A program made the position numbers and the translations under genes. A DNA stretch of 64,000 nucleotides from a virus, in IMG/VR virus record IMGVR_UViG_3300043823_000114, positions 26,209-90,208 of that record; one strand, given 5' to 3'. The notes beneath the pieces were generated by a model. It did no database searches. It saw only the letters and a program-made list of their open reading frames with translations, and was not told where the DNA came from. Of the stretch, positions 21,991 to 30,719 are shown piece after piece (the first letter of the stretch is position 1; each line of letters opens with the position of its first letter).

Positions 21991-24786
21991 TTATGCTATT
22001 AAACTTTGTGGGTAATTTGTTTCTGCCAATGCTTGACTGCTAGCCAAATCTGCGATATCAACGGTAGGGGCATTATTTGCCACATTAGCCAAAGCATCTT
22101 CAGCTGGAGTTGGTTGGCTATCAGTCTGTGTTACTGCGTTTTGATCCGGGGCTTGCTCTGTACTAGATGCGGCGTCGTTGTCTGCCCCAGCATTAGCATT
22201 GGGAGCTGCCTGAGCAGGGGTGTCAGCATTAGTTGTGGCGTTTGCAGAGTTATCACTCGGGGTTGTCGGGGCAGTTGCTTTATCGTTCCTATTAGCATCA
22301 AGTCCCACTGGATTTTGCGCAGGGTTTGTGTTTGGACTGTCTTGCATGGGATAACGGATCATATTAAGAGTTTGAGTAAATTTGCCACCCTTAAATTCAC
22401 TATCAACTTGTATTACCCTATAATATCCACTAAATTCACTTGTATGAAACTTGTTTGCACCGTTTAAATTGTACATGCCTGTAGTGTCATTAAAATCTGT
22501 CGGAGTTTTAAATGTTACATAACAATAAATCTCACCATCATCCATGTTTAAACTTTGAACATTGCTTGCAACAAATACACTGCTGGCATCTGAAGCAAGG
22601 GGAGGGGTAACATCTGGAACTATGAACAAGTCGTCTTGCTTTATAAAATGTGGATCACCTATGATCTGCATTTTCAAATTAAGCATATCACCTGCCGCAC
22701 TAGTATAAATGCTTTCTAGCGCACTTTTGGCATTCTGTGTGGCACTACGGTTATTTGAGCCACCAGTACCAGTTTGCATCTGTGATCCTGTATTGACTTT
22801 TTGTTCTGCGGCGTTGAGTCCAGATTTGCCACCTACTGTAGTTGTTCCATCCTTGTTTGTATCTTCAGGTTTGGCTGTTGTTCCAGCAGTCGATTCAGTA
22901 TTACTACGATCAATTTGTACTGCTGTAAAATACAATGCATTAAAGTCGATATCAAAATTTATTACGGCACTATTATGCCCAGTATAAAAATAATCGTATC
23001 GTTTAACTGGCTTCGGTGGGGGACTTTTTGGGAGTCTAGGGTCCCGTTGTTGATATGCTTTGTATTTTTTAATGTTGAATTCGATAGTTTTACCCCAAAC
23101 ATTCCGTTCTGTATCAAACTCTGTTAGTTTTATTTTTGGAATCACCTTCCACATGTACACAGGTGTTGCCTGTGCTTGTACTGTAGCATCATCTGCGGCG
23201 TTTGCATTTACTGGGGTTTTGCTATCTGTATTGGAATCTTTTATTTGACTTAAAAAGAATTGACTATTTGGAATAATAGCATTGATGATTTCATTCACTG
23301 ATGTACCAGCTTCGAAACTATGAACAACAGACCCAAGATCCAATGTATTTGAATCTTGTCCTTGCTGTGCCTGCGATTCTTTTTTAACAGATGTTTCCCC
23401 TGTTCGTTTGGCTGTATTTGTTTTGGGATCTACTATTTTAGAACCACCTATGTCTGGATCTATATTAAAAGAAATTTGATCTGCAAATTTTACATCATTG
23501 GTGTTTTTAGATGATTTGTTCCAAGCATTGTATGCTGATGTAAAACTTTGCAGTTTAAGAGACACCTGTGCAGAATCTGATGCCGCAACTTGACCCAATA
23601 TTCGTGGGTCACGAGCCTGCCCACGAAGACTTCCGCCACCAGCTTGCCCAGAACTATATGCTTGGCTTTCTGCTTGTGTGTCCCTAAAACTGTCTACATC
23701 TTGTTGTACAGATGGTTCAGATGCTGGAGCAAAAAAATCACTCACTGTTGACGCTGTGATTTCCATTCGTGTTTTTATAGCCTGTACACTTTCGAGATTT
23801 GCGGTGTGATTGAATGGTACGGCTTGCACAGTATATTCGCTTCCCTTAACACTGGCCTTGATTTTAAAATTTATTAGCTTGATAGGGAAGTTTTTTGTTT
23901 GATTTTGAATTTTTACAGCTTTTCCACTATCATCATACCCAAAGAACTCTAGTCTCAGCAAATAAGGAATATCTAGATAGTTTTTTGCTGCCAGATTATT
24001 CAAAGACACATTCATGATACGGTCCAGTAGCGTCATACCATAAGGTTCAATGATTGTAAAATCCAGTGCAATAGCGTTTGACCCACGAGCATTGGCATTC
24101 ATGCCGATAATTGTACTGACTTTAAAACTATCAAAGTAAAAATCTTCAGTGAAGTTTGGATCACGAATATCTTTATATCTACCTGCACTACTGATCAATG
24201 CCACATTCGGTGTAAATGATGTTGGTGTATCTACTAGAGTATTGTAATCTGTCTTAGATAATGCAAATAGCGTTAACCCGTAAGTATAGCTTGTATAAGC
24301 GTCTAGCGGGTTAGACGACACCCCCGCAGTATTAGAAGACTGATTTCCACCAACGCTGACATTTGCCGCAGGAGTCGCATTATCTGCTGCCGAAGGAGTG
24401 TAGGTATTTGTTACTGTTGTCGTTGCAACAGCATCACCAGTCGATGATGCATTGGCGATGTTTTGTTGTTCTTGATCTGTTGTAGCTTCTGGTTCATCAC
24501 CTGTGGGAGTTGTCGCAGGATCTGGTGCTGGCGGAACTGGAAGTGGTGCTGTTGTCAATTCACCAGTTTGAATATCATAGTATGAATTGTCAGGATCGGA
24601 TCCAGGATGCACAGACTCCCACAGAGATGTTTGTGCTTCTGTAGGCTCATTCGGGCTCTTTAGTAATTCTTTATTGCCGTTGGCATCGTATCCGGTTATA
24701 TATACATTGAGACCAGTCACTGAGTCTTTACCCACATAACCATAGCTAGATGTATTGGCAGTAGAGATTTTTACACTATCAGCCAT
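21991..24786 (-). CDS. Baseplate hub/tail protein (gp27-like position), 931 aa
   Basis: NPLD.Y.SYTY..TL; F.IIEPYG.TLLD; PYLL.LEF.GYD; KRYDY.YTG.N..V..FDI.FN; I.GDP.FI; FSG.Y.V..V.S.F..GKFTQTL...R; upstream of the gp5-like gene. Confidence 0.6.
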   Translation of the reverse strand: MADSVKISTANTSSYGYVGKDSVTGLNVYITGYDANGNKELLKSPNEPTEAQTSLWESVHPGSDPDNSYYDIQTGELTTAPLPVPPAPDPATTPTGDEPEATTDQEQQNIANASSTGDAVATTTVTNTYTPSAADNATPAANVSVGGNQSSNTAGVSSNPLDAYTSYTYGLTLFALSKTDYNTLVDTPTSFTPNVALISSAGRYKDIRDPNFTEDFYFDSFKVSTIIGMNANARGSNAIALDFTIIEPYGMTLLDRIMNVSLNNLAAKNYLDIPYLLRLEFFGYDDSGKAVKIQNQTKNFPIKLINFKIKASVKGSEYTVQAVPFNHTANLESVQAIKTRMEITASTVSDFFAPASEPSVQQDVDSFRDTQAESQAYSSGQAGGGSLRGQARDPRILGQVAASDSAQVSLKLQSFTSAYNAWNKSSKNTNDVKFADQISFNIDPDIGGSKIVDPKTNTAKRTGETSVKKESQAQQGQDSNTLDLGSVVHSFEAGTSVNEIINAIIPNSQFFLSQIKDSNTDSKTPVNANAADDATVQAQATPVYMWKVIPKIKLTEFDTERNVWGKTIEFNIKKYKAYQQRDPRLPKSPPPKPVKRYDYFYTGHNSAVINFDIDFNALYFTAVQIDRSNTESTAGTTAKPEDTNKDGTTTVGGKSGLNAAEQKVNTGSQMQTGTGGSNNRSATQNAKSALESIYTSAAGDMLNLKMQIIGDPHFIKQDDLFIVPDVTPPLASDASSVFVASNVQSLNMDDGEIYCYVTFKTPTDFNDTTGMYNLNGANKFHTSEFSGYYRVIQVDSEFKGGKFTQTLNMIRYPMQDSPNTNPAQNPVGLDANRNDKATAPTTPSDNSANATTNADTPAQAAPNANAGADNDAASSTEQAPDQNAVTQTDSQPTPAEDALANVANNAPTVDIADLASSQALAETNYPQSLIA

Positions 24787-24789
24787 AGA

Positions 24790-25095
24790 TTATAGTCCCA
24801 AGTTGCTGGCCAAAGTAGTTTTCTTTGGTATCATAATAGTGACTCCAGATTGAAAATCAAAAATAGGATCATCAATGACATTTGGATTTCTGGCACGGAA
24901 TACCCACCACAAAGCACTATCACCGTATAAGTCAAACGCCAGTAAATCTGGGCGAAGACTATAAGTGTTGTTTATAGTGAAACTAACATCATCCACTTGC
25001 TTGTCTATAGGGGTATAAACTAACACATCCAAAAACTTATTACCAAATAATGGAGTATTGAAATACGGGCTAGTTTTGCTGTATTGTACTGTCAT
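24790..25095 (-). CDS. gp53: Baseplate wedge protein gp53-like (LysM-like), 101 aa
   Basis: RPDLLAFDLYGDSALWWVF...NP...DPIFDF..G..I.IP motif. Confidence 0.75.
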   Translation of the reverse strand: MTVQYSKTSPYFNTPLFGNKFLDVLVYTPIDKQVDDVSFTINNTYSLRPDLLAFDLYGDSALWWVFRARNPNVIDDPIFDFQSGVTIMIPKKTTLASNLGL

Positions 25096-25982
25096 AGGAA
25101 TCCACCTTTATTTGCCAGCAACTGCCCTTGACTAAACTGCGTAAGTGACATATTCGTGGCAATATTCTGTCTGCTGTATACAGGTTGTAATGTTACATTG
25201 AACGAACTTGTTGTTGGTACTCTGGCAGTTTGTTTACCGCTGTTAGCATAATAACTAGTCGCAACGGCTTTTGAATCATTGCCCTGTGAATATGCAATTT
25301 CCATATAGTCCACTTCTGCTGGCATAGTATGCTGAAAACTCGTCACAACACAAGTAACATTTGGGAAATAGTAATCCCCGTAGCCATTTAAGTAAACGAT
25401 CGGCGGAGGATTACCTGCATCTGCATCACTACCAAAGAACATTTTTGTACAGCTTCGGAAGAAATACACTGCCGCTAGTACATAAAGAGCTTCGTCTTTG
25501 TTCTGAACTGTGAAATCACCAACAATGTTGATAGCGGCAACATCACTGCCTTCATAGAAATAATTTTTATAGTTATTATGAGTTAATGCTTGTTCTTGAT
25601 ATCTTGCATTATGTGTAACTGTGATACTGGGGGTATATGGAAATACTACCCCATTTGTTCTAGACAAGATGTTCAAGAATGGGTTCGATGTGTCATAATG
25701 TAAGCTACTTTTTGTGGGCAAGCTAATCTTTACTCGCCAATCTTTTATCTGTGACGCCCCAGCCCCACCATTACTATTTCCGCCCAATGGGTTGATGTTA
25801 ACTGTGGGTGCTTTGCCAGTTATAAAACTAGATATACCACCAGACATTAATCCTGATAGTTGAGTTCGTATTTTTCCCGGGTCAAGCAAACTTGCGGCAG
25901 TGTCTAACACTCCACCCGTAGTGTCACCGGCAGATGGACCTTGCTGTGATGAACTTCCTAAAATATTGTCAAAAATCGACAT
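25092..25982 (-). CDS. Baseplate / tail-tube initiator protein (gp48/gp54-like), 296 aa
   Basis: GVVFPYTP.I...H.A.Y....LTH.NY...FY..S; FFRS.TKMFFG...GNPPP...L.GYG...F..V..VV..F; 4-nt overlap with the gp53-like gene. Confidence 0.6.
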   Translation of the reverse strand: MSIFDNILGSSSQQGPSAGDTTGGVLDTAASLLDPGKIRTQLSGLMSGGISSFITGKAPTVNINPLGGNSNGGAGASQIKDWRVKISLPTKSSLHYDTSNPFLNILSRTNGVVFPYTPSITVTHNARYQEQALTHNNYKNYFYEGSDVAAINIVGDFTVQNKDEALYVLAAVYFFRSCTKMFFGSDADAGNPPPIVYLNGYGDYYFPNVTCVVTSFQHTMPAEVDYMEIAYSQGNDSKAVATSYYANSGKQTARVPTTSSFNVTLQPVYSRQNIATNMSLTQFSQGQLLANKGGFL

Positions 25983-26003
25983 AAGTAACTATACCCTTTC
26001 ATA

Positions 26004-26010
26004 TATTTAT
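26004..26010 (-). promoter_or_regulatory. T4-type late promoter driving the baseplate operon
   Basis: TATTTAT on plus, 22 nt upstream of the 25982 start. Confidence 0.65.
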
Positions 26011-26044
26011 TATTAAGCATTAAGTGCTAATATAATAAAAAGCC

Positions 26045-26073
26045 TTGACAAATATGTAATACTTTGCTATTAT
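26045..26073 (+). promoter_or_regulatory. Host sigma70-type promoter for gp55
   Basis: TTGACA (26045-26050), 17-nt spacer ending TGC, then TATTAT (26068-26073): consensus -35 plus extended -10. Confidence 0.75.
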
Positions 26074-26096
26074 TGTCACAGTTTTAGGAAACTACA

Positions 26097-26978
26097 TTGA
26101 AAACAAATTACTTAAACAACAAGGATATTCTCAAAGAAATCCACAAAAGCAAAACAACCTACTGCAAATACACAGACCAAGTTTATGCTGATTACGATAT
26201 GATTTTACCCGATTTTAGTAAAATCAACAAGAAAAATACATTGGAAGCTAGAAAACTTCGAGCAGAACGATTGGCAAAAGTCGCACACGAAGCGGCAACT
26301 GCTGATGGAACTAAACGAAAACTAGACGAATTTGAAGTGAAACTCAAAGATGTCAAAGATACCGATGTAGTATTTCGAGTTATGACTTGGGAACATATAC
26401 CGTTAGACGATGTAAAAACCCGTAAAGCGAGAATGGCTGCTCTTGATATTGAGGACGAAAACGATCCATTATTGGACGGATTCGATGAAAATGATACAGA
26501 GCACAACAAATATGTCAAAGTCAACTTTCCCCCGTTTCAACATTATAAACTAGATGAAAATGGGGAACCTTATTGCGTGGGTAAAAGTCATTGGAAAGGA
26601 TCTTTGGAAGATGGTGAGTTCAACAAAGATCACGGGAAGATGACCAATAAGCTCGCTAATATGTATATCAAGTTATGCGAGCGTTATGCTACCCGTAGTA
26701 ACTGGCGTGGATACACTTACAACGATGAAATGAGAGCACAGGCATTGCTTCAACTAACTTACATTGGTCTACGATTTGATGAAGCCAAATCACAGAATCC
26801 ATTTGCTTATTACACTGCCGCTGTTACTAATAGCTTTACCCGTGTTCTAAACATTGAGAAGCGTAACCAGAATATCCGTGATGACATTTTAGAGATGAAT
26901 GGTCTGAACCCAAGTTATACTCGTCAGGGTATGAGTGGCGGATATGTTCATTACGAGGGTGGTAACCATGATGATTGA
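26097..26978 (+). CDS. gp55: Late-transcription sigma factor (T4 gp55-like), 293 aa, TTG start
   Basis: NYLNNKD.L.EI N-terminus; L..RYA.RSNWRGYTY.DEM...A...L.....FDE.KSQNPFAYYT....NSF.R.L..EK; AGGAA ribosome-binding site at 26086. Confidence 0.85.
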   Translation: MKTNYLNNKDILKEIHKSKTTYCKYTDQVYADYDMILPDFSKINKKNTLEARKLRAERLAKVAHEAATADGTKRKLDEFEVKLKDVKDTDVVFRVMTWEHIPLDDVKTRKARMAALDIEDENDPLLDGFDENDTEHNKYVKVNFPPFQHYKLDENGEPYCVGKSHWKGSLEDGEFNKDHGKMTNKLANMYIKLCERYATRSNWRGYTYNDEMRAQALLQLTYIGLRFDEAKSQNPFAYYTAAVTNSFTRVLNIEKRNQNIRDDILEMNGLNPSYTRQGMSGGYVHYEGGNHDD

Positions 26979-27004
26979 CTTTAGTCTATCATTTTTGTTA
27001 CACT
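26975..27004 (+). promoter_or_regulatory. Probable sigma70-type promoter for gp47/gp46
   Basis: TTGACT (26975-26980), 18-nt spacer ending TGT, then TACACT (26999-27004). Confidence 0.5.
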
Positions 27005-27010
27005 CATTGA

Positions 27011-28027
27011 ATGAGTAATCTATTTAAAAAAGCCGCCCTGATAACGGACATACATTTTGGCCTAAAGTCAAACAGTTCTCTACACAATGAGGATTGTTTG
27101 GCTTTTGTCAAATGGGCCACTGCCAAAGCACGAGAAGAAGGTTGCGAAACTTGTTTCTTTTTGGGTGATTGGCACAATAACCGTGCTAGTATCAACATCT
27201 TAACACTACAGTATAGTTTACAAGCACTAGAGCATTTGAATGATAATTTTTCAAATGTTTATTTTATTCCTGGCAATCACGATCTCTATTATCGGGATAA
27301 GCGTGATGTGCAAAGTGTCGAATGGGCAAAGCATCTCTCTAATATACAGATTTGCAACGATTGGTTTGACAGCGGCGATGTTGTTATTGCTCCTTGGCTA
27401 TGTGGTGATGATCATAAACATCTACGCAAGTTAAAGGGCAAGTATCTATTTGGGCATCTTGAACTTCCAGGTTACTTGATGAACGCAATGGTAGCGATGC
27501 CAGAGCATGGGGAATTCAGAACCGATGACTTGAATCATTTCGAGCATTGTTTCACTGGACATTTTCACAAGAGACAGACTAGAAAGAATGTTACTTACAT
27601 TGGTAACTGTTTCCCACACAACTACGCAGATGCAGGGGATGATGACAGAGGATTATCTATATTAGAATGGGGCAAAGATCCAGAATACCATGCTTGGCCC
27701 GATCAACCCCGGTATCGTGTATTTCAGTTAAGCGATGTTCTAAAGAATACAGAATCTATGCTTCTGCCCAATATGCATGTCAGAGTAAATCTTGACATAG
27801 ATATCAGCTATGAAGAAGCCGCATTTATCAAAGAAACATTCATTGATACATATAAGCTCCGTGAGATTACCTTAATTCCAGCTAAAGTCACCGATTTAAC
27901 TGACTATGAGTTGCAGGGTAATATAGAATTTGAGAGTGTTGATCAGATTGTTACTGGTCAACTCACAAATATCGAAAGCGACAAGTTTAACAAAACTCTA
28001 CTACTAGACATCTACAGAAATCTTTAA
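27011..28027 (+). CDS. gp47: Recombination endonuclease subunit (T4 gp47 / Mre11 / SbcD-like), 338 aa
   Basis: Metallophosphoesterase motifs DIHFG, GDWHN, GNHD, FGH, GHFH. Confidence 0.9.
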   Translation: MSNLFKKAALITDIHFGLKSNSSLHNEDCLAFVKWATAKAREEGCETCFFLGDWHNNRASINILTLQYSLQALEHLNDNFSNVYFIPGNHDLYYRDKRDVQSVEWAKHLSNIQICNDWFDSGDVVIAPWLCGDDHKHLRKLKGKYLFGHLELPGYLMNAMVAMPEHGEFRTDDLNHFEHCFTGHFHKRQTRKNVTYIGNCFPHNYADAGDDDRGLSILEWGKDPEYHAWPDQPRYRVFQLSDVLKNTESMLLPNMHVRVNLDIDISYEEAAFIKETFIDTYKLREITLIPAKVTDLTDYELQGNIEFESVDQIVTGQLTNIESDKFNKTLLLDIYRNL

Positions 28028-29799
28028 TGACATTTAAAATACGAGACCTCGCAGTTAAAAACTTTATGAGTGTGGGTAATGCCACACAAGCAATCAACTT
28101 TGATCGTCGTGACCTAACACTTGTTCTGGGTGAGAACTTAGACTTGGGTGGGGACGATAGTGGTGCAAGAAATGGTACAGGTAAGACTACTATCATCAAT
28201 GCACTGAGTTATGCGTTATACGGTAATGCTCTAACAAACATCAAGAAAGACAATCTTATCAACAAGACCAATGGTAAGAATATGATTGTGACTATTGATT
28301 TTGAGTGCAATGGTATTGACTATCGCATCGAGCGTGGTCGTAAACCTGGCATTATGAAGTTCTTTGTCTCTGGTACAGAGCGAGAAATTACAGACGAAGC
28401 GCAAGGTGATAGCAGAGAAACACAAGCAGAAATAGAGCGTATGTTGGGCATGAGTCACGAAATGTTTAAACACATCGTTGCTCTAAACACATACACAGAA
28501 CCATTTTTAAGTTTAAAAGCTAACGATCAACGACAGATGATCGAACAGTTATTGGGTATTACTTTGCTCAGTGAAAAAGCAGATAAGCTAAAAGAACAGA
28601 TTAAAGAAACCAAAGACTTGATTACTAAAGAAGAATTTAGAATCAAGGCTGTGGGTGATGCAAACAAACGAATACAGGATCAAATCGATGCTTTACTTAG
28701 ACGCCAGAATTTATGGACCACTAAGATACATGACGATGTTACAGCGTTGCAGTCTGCTTATGATCAACTTGCTAAACTTGATATCGAGTCCGAACTCAGG
28801 GCACATCAGAGTCTGGCAATATTCAATGCTAAGTCAAAGCGCATCAACGAACTCAACAACTGGATTAGGCGTTGTGAACTTGATGAACAGCGTGAGCAGA
28901 AAAATATTGACAAACTCAAGAAGGATATTGAAAGTCTAGAGAATCATACTTGCCACAGTTGTGGGCAAGCATTTCACGATGACAAGCAAGAAAAGCTATT
29001 AGAAGAAAAACGCACTGCACTACAGGAAGCCGCATTACAAGCATTGTCAACAAACACTCAGTGGATGGAACACACTGATGCCCTTAAAGAACTGGGTGAG
29101 TTGGGTACAGTTCCAAAAGTATATTACGATAGTGAAAGTGATGCGTTTGAACATCGAAGTAGTATGGGTGCATTGTTGGCTCAAATGAGTGCTAAACAAG
29201 CAGAACAAGATCCATATACTGATCAAATTGCAGAGATGAGAGAACAGGCTCTAGAAGAAATCAGTTTTGATACAATGAACGCACTGGATGACTTAAAGAA
29301 TCACCAAGAGTTCTTGCATAAGTTATTGACTAACAAAGATAGCTTTATCCGTAAACGAATCATTGATCAAAACTTGAGCTACTTAAATGGTCGTTTAGGT
29401 CAGTATCTTGATCGCATTGGATTACCGCACACAGTTAAGTTTAACAATGACTTGACTGTAAGTATCACTGAACTAGGTAGAGATTTAGACTTTGACAACT
29501 TGAGTAGGGGCGAGCGTAATCGTTTGATTCTTAGCTTGAGTTGGGCATTCCGTGATGTATGGGAATCATTATATCAACCCATCAACTTGTTGTTTATTGA
29601 TGAGCTTGTTGACAGTGGTATGGATAGTTCGGGCGTTGAAAATGCTCTTGCTATTCTCAAGAAGATGAGCAGAGATCACAATAAGAGTATTTGGCTAGTC
29701 AGTCACAAAGACGAACTAGCAGGACGGGTAAATAACACCTTAAAAGTTGTTAAGGAAAACGGCTACACAAGTTATAATACAGATGTAGAAATAGTTTAA
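28027..29799 (+). CDS. gp46: Recombination ATPase subunit (T4 gp46 / Rad50 / SbcC-like), 590 aa
   Basis: KNFMSVG; Walker A NGTGKT; coiled coil with CHSC zinc hook; LSRGE signature; Walker B LLFIDE; VSH; stop/start overlap with gp47. Confidence 0.9.
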   Translation: MTFKIRDLAVKNFMSVGNATQAINFDRRDLTLVLGENLDLGGDDSGARNGTGKTTIINALSYALYGNALTNIKKDNLINKTNGKNMIVTIDFECNGIDYRIERGRKPGIMKFFVSGTEREITDEAQGDSRETQAEIERMLGMSHEMFKHIVALNTYTEPFLSLKANDQRQMIEQLLGITLLSEKADKLKEQIKETKDLITKEEFRIKAVGDANKRIQDQIDALLRRQNLWTTKIHDDVTALQSAYDQLAKLDIESELRAHQSLAIFNAKSKRINELNNWIRRCELDEQREQKNIDKLKKDIESLENHTCHSCGQAFHDDKQEKLLEEKRTALQEAALQALSTNTQWMEHTDALKELGELGTVPKVYYDSESDAFEHRSSMGALLAQMSAKQAEQDPYTDQIAEMREQALEEISFDTMNALDDLKNHQEFLHKLLTNKDSFIRKRIIDQNLSYLNGRLGQYLDRIGLPHTVKFNNDLTVSITELGRDLDFDNLSRGERNRLILSLSWAFRDVWESLYQPINLLFIDELVDSGMDSSGVENALAILKKMSRDHNKSIWLVSHKDELAGRVNNTLKVVKENGYTSYNTDVEIV

Positions 29800-29827
29800 T
29801 ATATTTTTAATCAGGGCACATTTAGGC

Positions 29828-29834
29828 ATAACTA
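29828..29834 (+). promoter_or_regulatory. Variant late promoter (ATAACTA) upstream of the GIY-YIG gene
   Basis: One mismatch to ATAAATA, 6 nt before ATG 29841; same spacing as the other apparently leaderless late genes. Confidence 0.35.
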
Positions 29835-29840
29835 TAGTTG

Positions 29841-30281
29841 ATGACATGGATATTTCAAGGAAACCCTGTAGAAGTTTTACCCGATGACTGCGTGGGCTTC
29901 GTATATCTCATCACCAATTGTATATCAGGGCGCAAATACATAGGCAAAAAACTCTCAAAATTTTCTAAAACAACATATAAAACAGTCAAACTCAAAAACG
30001 GCAATAAGAAACGCAAGAAAATTAAATCAAAGATAGATAGCGACTGGCTCACATATTATGGCTCAAATCTCGAACTCAGTAAAGATGTAATAGCATTGGG
30101 TGCTGAAAATTTTACAAGGGAAATACTATACCTTTGTAAAAGTAAAGCAGAATGTAGTTATATTGAGGCACGAGAACAATTCACAAACAAAGTTTTAGAA
30201 AGCTCAGACTGGTACAATGGACAGATATCAGTCAGAGTACATGGCTCCCACATTCTCAATAAAATTCAGTTAAACGGTTAA
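29841..30281 (+). CDS. Stand-alone GIY-YIG family nuclease, 146 aa (ATG 29841; TTG 29838 alternative)
   Basis: GFVYLITN...GRKYIGKK; Y.GS; F.REIL; E....F......YN motifs; Lys-rich insertion KTVKLKNGNKKRKKIKSK; no C-terminal DNA-binding extension. Confidence 0.8.
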   Translation: MTWIFQGNPVEVLPDDCVGFVYLITNCISGRKYIGKKLSKFSKTTYKTVKLKNGNKKRKKIKSKIDSDWLTYYGSNLELSKDVIALGAENFTREILYLCKSKAECSYIEAREQFTNKVLESSDWYNGQISVRVHGSHILNKIQLNG

Positions 30282-30701
30282 GGCTCACACAGGCCAATTT
30301 CTTGTGTATATGATAAGAGGACCCAGGGTCGCTCGGACATAAATCTCTGCCGTTAAGAGTGCTCAACCACTACCCATTTGGATGAAGACAGCTAATGCCG
30401 CTGTTTGGTTGCTTGAATAGGAATAATTATGGCTAAAAAGACGACACAGCGATGTGTCACGGTTATTATGTAAGTTAGCGTTTATATAATAACTCGCCGT
30501 TGAAAAAGACGGGGATGGAGGTACCGGTCAACCGCCTCTGCTAAACACCCCAACGCTAAGTGATGTGCTACTCGGATGAAGGCAACTTCAAACTTTTTGC
30601 CCGGGAAACCGGGCAAAGTGTGACGATTAATCTGGATGAATAGCCCATCGCTCCGCGAGAATACCGATGATAAATGTTGTTGAGCGATAGCGAAAACAAC
30701 A
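30282..30701 (+). ncRNA. Putative large structured non-coding RNA (or ssDNA structure) directly downstream of the GIY-YIG gene
   Basis: Largest non-coding gap in the window, filled with inverted repeats: ACACAGG/CTTGTGT, CAACCA/TGGTTG, ACAGC/GCTGT, GACACA-GCGA-TGTGTC, 13-bp stem 30461-30494 whose loop TTAGCGTT complements AACGCTAA (30552-30559), TTTGCCCGG-GAAA-CCGGGCAAA, CATCG/CGATG, TGTTGTT/AACAACA. G-U pairs and GNRA loops favour the plus strand. Confidence 0.65.
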
Positions 30702-30719
30702 GATGTGCTTTGCACATCT
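30694..30719 (-). terminator. Rho-independent terminator of the minus-strand chaperone genes
   Basis: Minus strand AGATGTGC-AAA-GCACATCT followed by GTTGTTT, directly after the TGA stop. Confidence 0.55.

Noticed and set aside
30360-30400. GCTCAACCACTA resembles the group I intron R element, next to a GIY-YIG gene
   Set aside because: No matching S element (AAGATATAGTC-like, or TAGTG to pair with CACTA) was found and no interrupted host gene flanks the region; gp46 ends intact and the next gene is convergent.
30660-30700. Hammerhead-like CCGATGA...GAAA
   Set aside because: The core should be CUGANGA and I could not build stems I-III around a cleavage triplet.
30482-30715. 77-aa minus-strand ORF in the structured region
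   Set aside because: It starts inside the terminator hairpin, has no ribosome-binding site or recognisable motif, and overlaps the plus-strand structure.
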